Of a stretch of DNA of 64,000 bases, positions 49,852 through 61,030 are shown one piece after another. The DNA comes from Antedon mediterranea. Its lineage: Eukaryota > Animalia > Echinodermata. Under the pieces are notes generated by a model. It saw only the letters and a program-made list of their open reading frames with translations. It was not told the origin of the DNA and did not search any database. The stretch spans positions 19,175,365 through 19,239,364 of the forward strand of contig NC_092678.1 in assembly GCF_964355755.1 (NCBI RefSeq), given 5' to 3'. The translations under genes and the position numbers were made by a program. How positions within the stretch are numbered: the first letter of the stretch is position 1; the number at the start of each line of letters is the position of its first letter.

Positions 49852-51909
49852 GAGTGTTGACAAAGTGCGAGGCAGCGAGGCACGCGAGGCAAGCGGGGCA
49901 TGCCAAATATTTGTGCGAGGCATCATTTTATCATTTCCAAAAATGCGAGGCATATAGTTTACAATTTCAAAAAGGTGCGAGGCATATCTTAACGTGCTAT
50001 TATGCTATATTATAGGCCTAATAATCAATCGATACAAGCGTATCTAAATAGATTCGTGTATACACTCATCATGTTGTTTATTTTTATGTAACGATTGTTT
50101 TTTCATTCAAGTCATATCGTGTCAAATTTTACTTTCACAAAAGTGCCCAAACTACGGTTCAAAAATCTGAACGACAGTATTCAACTTTCGATACACAATA
50201 ATTGTTATAGCGACACACTCATCAAATGACTGCAATGTTGGCATTTCGAGCGTGTTCACTCACATGTCTCTCGAACATAGCAGAGTGAAAATAATATTTT
50301 GTCACACCCCTGCGCCTAGATCCGGTAGACCCGAGAGATGGAAAATCCCTCTGTACTATTTAGCAGGTAGCGGAATGATTCAGCCCTCAGCTCAGAGGAT
50401 TGTGGTGCATTCCCCTCCTATAGCACGTGGTTTCAGCAGCAACGCACAGACTTCTCTCTGAGCGGCGTGCCAAAGACATTTTTGACATTCCATTCTCTAG
50501 GAACAACACGTGTACCTATCTCGCAAATAAGGTGAACAGCGATTGCCAGGACAAGTTCAATAACTGGCGGTGAATAAAAGGTAACTGATATGGCGATCCA
50601 ATAACATGCCGCAAAGAAAAAAATTGCGACAGAATTCTGGAGCGCGTGTGAAAAAAGACTTACGTCCGACAATTGTAATACTAGGCCTAAAATTAAACTT
50701 TAGCTAATATGCTTAGCCCTAACCTAGATAAGAGGCCTATGTAGAAAATAATTTAATCAATTTTGATATAATAATAATTGGTGTAATATTTAATAATGAT
50801 ACACTATTCCTGTTTTAGTAAGCTAGGTATATTACGAACGATTTTTATTTATTGTTGTCCATGTACGTACTAATAAACCTGGCGCTAGTTTCCTTCGCTT
50901 GTATTTTTACTCCAAATTTGATAACTAACTTTATCGTGTGAATACCACACCTTAGAAGTATACCTCATGAGTACTTTAATGAAAGAATCACATAAAAAGT
51001 AACAAATAAATCCTTAAATTAATGATTTTACAGGCGTGTTTCTCGCACACTGTTCGCGAATTTCACTTATTCAATGTTCAATATTTTTGTTTCTATGGAG
51101 CGCCAAAAGAGCAACGATAATAGAGGACTAAAACTCAGTGGAATGCGTCAATTTCTCATGCATTTATTGGTGAAAAACACGTTTTATTTCAATATATTTG
51201 TTAATTTGTCAATAAAAATGCTGTAATATGTTATTGCTGATACTGTTCTGTTTTCAAAGAATAATAATCGATCCTAAATCAACATCACTACCTAGTCTAG
51301 ACCTAGGACATCCTACTAAGGATATTATGATGAATTTTTCTATTTTATTCTTTAAAAGGTTACCGAAACCGTGTACATTATCAACAGTACATCGGTGAAC
51401 AGTAACATTTTTCCTTACTGACAGTGACAAAATCTATTGAAATTGTACTTGATTTTCACCAAATAATGCGTTAAATATAAATGGATTCCACAGAGTTTTT
51501 AGCCCTCTAATTAATTTTGCTCTTTTGGCGTTCCATAGAAATCAAAATATTGAACATTGAGTGTGCAAAATGCGAGAAAAACAACGTCTGTAAAATCACC
51601 AATTTAATGGATTTATTGTTACTTTTATGTGATTTTTCTTCATTAAAGTAGGCCTACTAATTCTAAGCTGTGTATTCAGGATAAAGTTGGTTAAAATACA
51701 AGACAGGTGCAAAAGGAAACTAGCCTATCGGGCCTAGGCCTAGGCTACTTCAATTTCGGTGATTTCCTGCCTTGCAATTTTGAGAAATGATAAAATGATG
51801 CCTCGCATTTTTTGATGATGGTAAAACGATGCCTCGCATAAATTTCTGACTTGCCTCGCATGCCTTCCCTGCCTCGCGTGCCTCGCTGCCTCGCACTTTG
51901 TTACTACCC
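49852..51909. mobile_element. 2058-bp non-autonomous Mutator-like (MULE) DNA transposon
   Basis: 9-bp TSD gagtattat at 49843-49851 and 51910-51918; G-starting TIRs of ~130 bp built from gcgaggca repeats; no transposase ORF. Confidence 0.88.
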
Positions 51910-53072
51910 GAGTATTATGAATGGTTCAGGAGGTCACAATATACATAAGGCCTATTTTTTGCTGCTATTTATTCTTATAATAAATACACCGCAGAATATA
52001 TGCAAAGTTAACTAAAGGTACGTGACGGGACAGGAATAGATTTATTTTATTTGAAGGGATCATGTTTAAATTATTCTACTGCAGTTACTGCAGCAACTGC
52101 ATTTTATGTACCCTTTAACTTTATCAAGCTTTTATGGGGCAATTTTACTTTATTAACACCTGACTACTAACAAAAACTGAACGAATGCGCTAAGAAAAAT
52201 GTAGTTACTGCAGTAACTGCGGTAGAAAATTGTTAATATTGATCTGGACCTTTGGAGATAAATACATTTGAACTTCACATGATCCATCAATTAATTCAAC
52301 ATTCTGTCAGTATTTTAAAAACTAAGAAAAACCAAGTAGTATTTCATCAAAGTGAAAGCACAGCGAAACAAAAAAGCAGTTTTAAAAAGTAGTACAAATT
52401 ACATAGAGACATACATAGCTCAGAAAGTATTATTTACATTAAAGCAACAATCATCATTTGCTCAGGTCTACTCCAATTGTATATATCTAATAGTTATTGT
52501 TTTTATTTTATTTCTTCGAGGTGTAGCATTTAGAGCCGATTTGATAGTGCTTATAACTCAGCAATCCTGATGAAATAAAGTAGGCTTATATGCCGTCCTC
52601 TGGTTTTTTGAGACAGTTAAATTGACTTCCGATCTTTAAACCGGTTGGTTTAAAATAAATAAAAGCTGAAGGCAATGAGTGCAATTAATTTCTACCTGGA
52701 TTGACACGTTTCTATAGAAAAAATGGGGCAATGTAAACTTGTCTTACATAAAACTAACCTTTATAATTTCCTTAAAATAACTGAGGCATCAATGCTTTAC
52801 AATAATTATATATTTGTATAATATCACATTCACAACTAAATCCTAGTCTATTTTTGGTAAATGCCAAGGCCAAGGCGAACAAAACTTTTGCTAACGTAAA
52901 ACGTAATCACCCGTGTATATGGAAGCACGTTGAAAGGTTTAAAAGGTTTTGTTGGTGCACAACAAGTTGAAAACGCGTCACAAAAGACAAGCAAGCGTGA
53001 CCATTACTTCCTGAGATTGTTATAGATGACCAGCGACAACGAATGGATAATGATAAAGGTGGCAGTAAAACG

Positions 53073-53420
53073 TTAAAGATGTATTGTCCCCCTGAAAAAA
53101 CAATTCTTAAAAAATTTTTTGTTGAATATTCCATTTTAATGTAACATTTAATAGTTAGGCCTATCCACTTTGACCAAAAATTGGATCGAAAAAATATGTA
53201 TTTATCTGAAAAAATTTAATTGAAGGCAAAAAATGGTCAAATTGGCTGCCAGCCAATGCATTTTTGGTTGAATTTATATTTTACTAGTGAAAACATAATT
53301 TTTTTTGTTTTTTTTTTCTATGGAAGTAATTAACTTTATTAAAACTACAATATAACATATTCAAAGTCTGATTTAATTAATCTTCATTTTTCATGTTTTT
53401 GTGGGACAATACATCTTTAA
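53073..53420. mobile_element. 340-bp Kolobok-like MITE
   Basis: TTAA TSD (53073-53076, 53417-53420) with perfect 14-bp TIR agatgtattgtccc/gggacaatacatct starting with purines. Confidence 0.85.
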
Positions 53421-55077
53421 TGATTACTAATAATTACCATTTTTGTGCAAATACGGACCAGGTTCAACTAAAAGACCATGTTCTAACTAATAAGGACTGA
53501 CTTATATAATAAGATCATGTTCGATCAAAGGGTCATATTCTTTTATGGACCATATTCGTTTAAAAATGACTACAAGGTGTTCGAAAGATTGTTCCATAAC
53601 AATTGATATTTACTTGTATTAAAACAGCATATTTATATGAATATTTTCCCCTTTTTTGTTTCATGTTTTCGCAAAAAAATAAATGAAATTCCTCTAATAA
53701 CACCTAAAATGATTAACAACATCATACGAAAGAACTATATACATGTATGGGACTTAATGCTGATTTAATAATAAAACAACACTCTTGATATAGTTAAGTT
53801 TTATTTATTCCAGCCACATAATTTTATATTACACCAATTGCAAAAAATAAATATATATATATTAAACAAACAAATATCAATATCAGAATTTCGCAAACCA
53901 TGCGCCACCAACGTCCATATCGGAGATGAAATGACGGAACTGCTTGTAAAATGTTATTACACCTCGTTATTTTCTCTCGCTGTTTTTAAAATTTAGAATA
54001 AATAAAAACACGTCCAATTCGTTAAAGAATGATTCGGAGAAAGTATTCGCTCCATTTCTTCCAATACTTCATTATTTACACCTAAGCTGACCTAAAGTAC
54101 GTCATTATGTTATTCAATGAATATTCACCCCTTCTTTAATCGTATATATGAAAGGCTAGGCCCCTTAAAAAATGCGGCGCTCATATTTTGACTGCGGTCC
54201 GCGGAGCAGAGCAATTACAGACGGCGCACAATACATGTTGATTTTCGGTATCGCATTAACATCCCGGCCTGTCGCATAACGGACACACCATTTCAGAATG
54301 CTTACGTTGAAGTAGATAAGCACGTGATACTAAATCAACCAATTAGAACCACTTAAGTCGATTGTATTCAAATAACCAACAACACGTTATACTAAATCAA
54401 CCAATCAAATGGCAACAATATAATACGTATGTGCGTAAGTGACAGTTAAAGTGATGAACAGATTATTGTTCGTGTTACGTAGACTTTAAAGCGAGTGAGG
54501 GCGCATGGATAATGAAATGCAAATATTGATAGACAGGCAAGGGAATGTTTATACTCGATGACGCAAGGTTTGTGCATTATTAATTTTAGAAACAACAGAA
54601 AGCTATGATTGTACAAATCGGACGAATAGTCGAATCTCGGTTGAATAGCAGTTACTCATTTTCGATTGTGATCGCATTAACCTTTTGGTAAATGTCGGGG
54701 ACCATCTGAAATGACGAAATAATTTAGGTATTAGTGCACAGACATGTTATTTACAGAGAAGGAATGTGGGGAATTATCGATCAAGTGATTGTGAAAACAA
54801 TTCATTAAAACAATGAAAATGAACAGTCTGGATTAGCATTTTATTAATATTATTAGGTTGTTATTAGTGATACAAGTACAATTATTGACCGATTGATACA
54901 GTACTTATCAATTATTACAACAACTGTTTACGAATGAGCGGTGAAGAAGGTGCTGGATGTGTAAGCCCATTTTAAATGTTAAAAGTTATAAAACTCTAGG
55001 TGGCGCTGTTCGTTCTGTAAAAATCCATTTTAAACTCGGAGTCGCCCTTTAATGTACATTAGCGATAACAACATACC

Positions 55078-55238
55078 TTATTTTGGTGGACATGGTCCCT
55101 GCATTACCACGGTCAACTCCGGATCTTTGCAAGAATCTATTTTTAGTAAACATTCATTTGCATATGTTACGCCATCACTTCCACATACTCGTTTGAATTC
55201 TGTCGGGCATGTTCGTTTACATATTGGTCTCTCTGGAT
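55078..55238 (-). CDS. Kazal gene last coding exon: Kazal domain 4
   Basis: CKRTCPTEFKRVCGSDGVTYANECLLKIDSCKDPELTVVMQGPCPPK*. Confidence 0.92.
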
Positions 55239-58200
55239 CTGTTTGAATACGAAAATGTTGTGTAAGCTTGTGTGGTTTACAATGTTTCAACCATAAACTT
55301 AGTATATTTAGTTAGTTAGTCTGTTAGTTACTGGTTCGTTAAGTTTATCGGTTGGTTCTGGTTTGATTTTCTGTCAGTCGGTATTTTGTTTTTCGCTTAG
55401 TATTGTATTTATTTCTTTGTTAGTAGGCCTAGTTTGTATGTTGCTCAATGATTTTCTTAGTAAATTATTAAAATATTTTCGATTGGTACGTGGTGGTTTG
55501 GTTTGGTTTGGAGTTTGGTTGGAAATTTGAGCTGGCGGTTAGGTTGATTAATGAGTAGTGGTTAGGTTGATTAATGAGTAGTGGTTAATGAATTGTCGAT
55601 TTGAAAGTTCAGTTCAGTATGGACTTATTTGTTGACAAACTGAAAACAAAAATAGCCATTATGCCAAAAACGAAAATATTCTATTGTCATATTATATCTA
55701 CATACCTTTAACTTTAATTTTTGCTTTACATCGACCACTATACGCCTCGAATAACTTGGCACCTTGAGTTGCATGAGTACAACTAACAGCGCCCAACCAG
55801 CAGGAGGATGGGTATGTTTTACCATCACTTCCACAAACGGGTTTGAACACTAGTGGGCAATATTGTGGACAGGTAGCTACAATGAAAAATACATATTAAT
55901 ATCACTCAAATCAAGTCAGTCAAATCCTTCAAGTCATGAAATATTTTCTCCATTCGTTATTTGTTTTATAACACACCTAGTGCTACTCTAAAATAAACTT
56001 AAATGTATCCATCCATCGTAAATCATTGGCGAAAACTAGGCCGGGAAGCTAGGGCAAAAAAAAGTGCTCAAACTTTGAACGCGAAGTATAACAGTTATAG
56101 ACGGTGCGCACTACAGTTTAATTTACGGACGCGGATCAGCCAAAACCTCGCGTTGCAAATATTCTCAAATGACAAGTTGTTGCGTAATTAACCAATCAAA
56201 TTGCAAGAACACAATTAGGTGTGTCAAAATACCTACTTCTTTCTTCTGCTTGAATACATGGACCGTCATAAATCACAGTGATGGTTGGATCTCTACGCTT
56301 ACAGGCGTCTTGTTCCATCTCACAGAGGGATGAATACGTCTTGCCATTGGTTCCACAAAATGGCGCCTTGGGCAGGAAAGGCGAGCAGTATAGTCTGCAG
56401 TTGTTTGGTGGTGTTACCAGCTCGGTTGGTGCTGCTGTTTGAATTGTTAGTCCTTTTTCTTCTATATGCATCGTCGTCTGCTGAGCAAATTCAGTTGGTG
56501 CTATTGGTATTAGATTTTCCGTGAATATATTTGGTTTGATTGTAGTTCTGACAGGTTGTACTAAAAGAATAAGATAATGTTTTTTCAGCAAAAATTATTA
56601 TTATTCCTTTTTATTTTCACTGGAGATACAGAAACAGATTGAAAACAAAATAGATTAAAACTAAATTAAGAACTCGGCTAAGCAAATAAAAATAGAGAAC
56701 AACAGAGTGCGCGCTATTTCATATTTTTGCCTATATTGAAAATATAGATAACGCGAGATGTTAACAGGCTGCTTTTGACGTCACTAATATATATTTTTCT
56801 GAAAATCAGTCTATGGGTGCAAATTACTGAAAAATTACAATGCTGTGGATATCAATATCAGGATCTCAGAAGATAGAAATCAAATAAGCAAAAAGGAAAA
56901 TCAAAACTATAAAGTAAAACAATCAGAAATAAATTGCAGAACTTTTTGGACAGCACTAGTCCTTCATCAGTGCAAGTTTTATGAAAATCAATTATACATG
57001 GTCTATTTTATTTTTTAAAAATCGTTGGACTTTATCGTGGAAGCAAGCAAAACATTTGCCATTAAGTAATATACTTTGAAAATACTTACAACAAGAATGT
57101 TGGCAAATAATGACAGGGATAATACCGCAATTGCAAAAACATTTATTTTGAGCTTGGACTTGCACGTACCAAATTTATTCCCATGATAAAGTACTTGATC
57201 TGTGAGTATTGGTGCCCTTTTACGCTTAGATAGTTTAATTCCATAGAGTTATTAAGTCTAAAGTATATTTATTACTACGTACTTCTTATTATAGAAGATT
57301 GCTTTGGGGTCAAGAAGATTGCATTGGGGTCAAGAAGATTGCATTGGGGTCAAGAAAATCGTAGTATGAGATTCTTGGAGAATTTGTGGTTCATATAGTT
57401 AGTGTAATGGTGTAATAAAACAACGTAGGCAATACTTACTATTATTTCGACGCCTTTTATTTGTCTTTGATTTCCTGTGTCGTGTTTCAACACTGTCGGT
57501 ATCATATCTTCGTTGATCTTCTAAATCTTCTAACGAAGAACTACTGGAATTTTTTCTTCTGTTAATCCTGTTCTTTCTTTTTCTTTGTCGTTTTCTTTCG
57601 TTTCCTTTATTTCGTTCTTTCTTAAAATGTGGTTCGGTAATTACATTTGAAGGTATTCTGTTTGGTATTGCATACTTATTATCGAATTTGACGAGAATTT
57701 TTGGCCATACGTCTTCTTCACTGTCACTATCATCCCGATTCGTCTGGTAAGGTTTATAAACTTCGTATGTATAATGAATTACTATTAGAACAATTAAAAG
57801 AAAATATTATTTTCATAATTAATTTATAAACTTGGATGTTGCCTGTTAAATATTAAAATGAAAATGTCTGTATAAGTTTACTCTATTAGTTATTTTTACT
57901 ACGCCAGATGATAGAGGGCGCTGTACACGATCAAGTAATTTCATCACTAATGAACGTGTACAGTATTTCAACCGTAATTATACGTGTTACGAGTACTGTA
58001 TAGTGTGTGAGAATAAAATCTAGCGCATGCGCGAATCACTGAGCAATATTGCCCCAGCGAATAAACAATGAGGATGATTTTCAAAATGTTTACAAACAAT
58101 TATAGGCCTACTCACCATCGTCTGAGGGACCACAGGCCCCATCATGTGTTTTGCGTAAATTTCTTTGCTTCTTACAAGATTTTCTTAGAAGTTTACATTC

Positions 58201-58286
58201 ATTTGTGTATGTTCTTCCGTCTGATCCACATACTTCTCCGGAATTTAAACGTCTCGGACATTTTCTGATAATGCGATTACAACGTT
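55078..58286 (-). CDS. Multi-domain Kazal-type serine protease inhibitor-like gene (4 Kazal domains; 5' exons not resolved)
   Basis: Five phase-1 exons splice in frame; CG(S/T)(D/N)GxTY motif four times; TAA at 55080-55078. Confidence 0.88.
55706..55876 (-). CDS. Kazal gene exon: Kazal domain 3
   Basis: CPQYCPLVFKPVCGSDGKTYPSSCWLGAVSC...YSGRC. Confidence 0.92.
56237..56560 (-). CDS. Kazal gene exon: Thr/Pro-rich linker plus Kazal domain 2
   Basis: CRLYCSPFLPKAPFCGTNGKTYSSLCEMEQDACKRRDPTITVIYDGPC. Confidence 0.9.
57298..57358. repeat. 20-bp tandem repeat x3 (attgcattggggtcaagaag)
   Basis: Direct reading. Confidence 0.85.
57440..57781 (-). CDS. Kazal gene exon: Arg/Lys-rich low-complexity linker
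   Basis: 342 nt open frame between ag and A|gtaagt, phase 1-1; ERKRQRKRKNRINRRKN...KRRRNN. Confidence 0.75.
58116..58286 (-). CDS. Kazal gene exon: basic Kazal domain 1
   Basis: CNRIIRKCPRRLNSGEVCGSDGRTYTNECKLLRKSCKKQRNLRKTHDGAC. Confidence 0.92.
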
Positions 58287-60040
58287 CTGAAAAAAATAAC
58301 AAAAGTAGTAATACAACTTTAATAGACCTAATAACAAGAAAACAACTGACGAGAAATGCTATACTGTCACAGAATAACTTTCTCGTCAGGAAATGATGGG
58401 AAATGTTGTAAAACAATAGAGTGGTGGGAAAATAATCTAAATACAGCGACGATGACAGAGATATCGTGTATTAAAAGTATTTAATACAAATAGACTCGTT
58501 TATAGATGACTTGCGATAGTCATTTAGACTCTATCTAGTGAAAGTTACAGAATCGGGTGTATAATGATGAAGACATTAATAAAAATGTAATCCGATGGGA
58601 AACTATTTTTAATGAAAGGATGAAATGATGGAAATTATGTTTATACAGCAAGAGACGATATGAATGAAAATAAATAATAGCAATAACCATTTCAAAACAA
58701 GTAATAATGACAATAATGACACATTGTGGCCTTTGCCTGCTGGTTGTTTTACATACACGCTGTGACTTTATCACATTAAAGATGGCCGTTTATAGGTAAA
58801 GGTAGAAAGGCTTATATTCTGTGAACTGTAAACTCATATTGCAACCCTTATGTATACTAATGATTCGTCTTGCATTTTTAATGGCCTATAAAGTGGCTTT
58901 AGGGGGCTTACACATAGGTGATGATTTATCATAATTGATAAATTTTGCTATAAAATGAATTACCATCATACATAGATAGAATAGAAACAGACCGAACGCG
59001 CATTATAAACACATTTGAATTATGTTAGCTGATATTTAAACCATAAAATTGAAACAATAAAATATCTGTTCTTTCAGTAGATTGGAGATGAAACGTTGTA
59101 AACATTAAGTTATAGGATTTCGAAAACACAATATTCATTCATTAAAAATTACTTGAGCCTCGGGATATACCGTGTTTAAATATTTGAATAATCCGCAAAA
59201 ACATGTGTTTAATGCCGTTAGAAGCTTTACTGTAAGCTGAAAAGTAATGCCTCTACCTAGAGGCCAATAGGTGAAGTCTGACGCATTCTCACCGCAATAA
59301 TGCTTTCGGGTATTCTCAATTGAGTCATTGTGTATTATTAAGAGCTGCTACACCTCAGCACCAATTATGCGAAATTTCATGCTTCAACTATTCAGAATAA
59401 AGAATGTATCTTCTTAAAAGGTTCTCAAAATTAAAAACATTGTAAACATTTTCCATAGCGTAACAGTCCGTTTTTTTAGACTCGTTAAATGAATATTCAA
59501 TGAAAAAGAACCATTCAACCAACATGCTTCATCTTTTCAGAAAAAAAGGGAATATATTTTCTTTAAGGTTCCCAAAATTAAAGACACTGAACATTTTTCA
59601 AAGCGTACAATCTGTTTCTTTTTCTCCGACTAATTACATGAATATTCAATTAAGTCCAACATAAAGACTACCTTGAATAAAATTATTTCTTACACTCAAT
59701 AACACAAGTAAAGCTTTCTTCAACTATAATACTACCACAACTTCCAATCTCTAACATTTGAGAGCACAATAACAGATTACCCTGTATATTCTTATACTTA
59801 ATAACATTTCTAGTAAAAGCTTTCTTCAAACTACCATACCAACCCAGCTTCCAATCCGTACAACTACATTGCATTACTACATTTATTACACATTCTCTCA
59901 TACTAATAAGGGCGCTTCCTCCGAATTAAACCCTTAAAATTATCTAATATCTCACAACAGACTTCTCGGTTTAATACAGGCTAAAGATGTATTATGATTA
60001 ATAGCATCTCCAACTATACCACCACTCAAAACTCTTAGAA

Positions 60041-60420
60041 GTCATATGGCCGAGCGTTTAAGGCAGGGGCGCCGTTTACCGTACCTAAAGAGCCAACAAC
60101 AACATCGGCAAGGGTTCGAGGCCGACTCGCTCATGGTTCGAGGCCGACTCGCTCCTAGTTCTGGTGGTGGAACAAGTCTTCTCGGATAAGGACTATAAAC
60201 CGTAGGTCCAGTGTACACAGTTATAACCTGTGTGCACTTTAAAGAACCCAGTCCATTATTCGAAAAAGAGTAGGTTCACACCACTACACTACACTGAACT
60301 GGTTCACACAATAGCCCCTGTATCAGGGGGATTACCACCTATCTGATAGGACAGTGATTAATTCACTATTGGTAATCCTTGGCCACATTGCCTAAAGACA
60401 TAAAATAAAAAAATAAAAAT
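60041..60420 (+). mobile_element. Deu/Nin-type SINE of a second subfamily (same head and core, different 3' part)
   Basis: tggccgagcg A box, duplicated B box, core tctcggataaggactataaaccgtaggtccagtgtacac...ttaaagaaccc...gaaaaagagtagg, A-rich tail. Confidence 0.8.
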
Positions 60421-60870
60421 AAGTATCGCTCATAAACACCCTATAAAAATGCCTTTTAAAAGTAACATACAGTAGGGATTATTTATGTCCTTAAAAAACA
60501 ATTTATCTTAAAATATGAATCATCTAATCCCATTCATTAAAATAAAGACTCACTCAAATATCTCCAATCAATCTGACTAAGAGGATTATGTTTTCATGTT
60601 AGACAAATTTGTCAAAATAGATATTTTATTATTTGTTATTATCAGAAAACAATATGAAGTAACTAACTGCTAGATCAGATTACACGGAGTAGACATATTA
60701 ATTCCAACAGCGCATCCTAAATATTTAAATGTGTTATTGTTAATTTCATTAATTTCATTTTTTGCTTCATTTTTTTATGGTACGGTAATTTAAAGAGAAC
60801 TTTTAGTGCCGTTCAGTCGAAGACAACATTTTCCTTAAAAACCCTGTATTTTGTCAATTGTTTTGAACAT

Positions 60871-61030
60871 GGAGTGGAGTTGTGGTGGTGATTATGATGC
60901 TTGGCTACCAATCCCAGGATCCTGGGTTCAAGTCCTGTCCAAAGACTAATAATAAATCTTTGTTTATGTAGAGCATCTTGTGTATATGCTTGTCATGAGA
61001 ACTGGGATTGCCACCTTTGAGGAGGATAGT
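60871..61030 (+). mobile_element. Degenerate tRNA-derived SINE (family of 3615-3815)
   Basis: ggagttgtggtggtgattatgatgcttggctacc...gggttcaagtcc. Confidence 0.6.

Noticed and set aside
50252-50672. Two short ORFs inside the Mutator-like element
   Set aside because: No recognisable transposase (DDE, zinc finger) or other motif
57090-57199. Hydrophobic exon-like segment (…INVFAIAVLSLSLFANILV|gtaagt) in the Kazal gene
   Set aside because: Ends in phase 0, incompatible with the phase-1 acceptor at 56560; flanking exons splice in frame without it
58954-58993. Candidate first coding exon of the Kazal gene (MRVRSVSILSMYD G|gtaatt)
   Set aside because: Phase fits but it is a poor signal peptide; not supportable without transcripts
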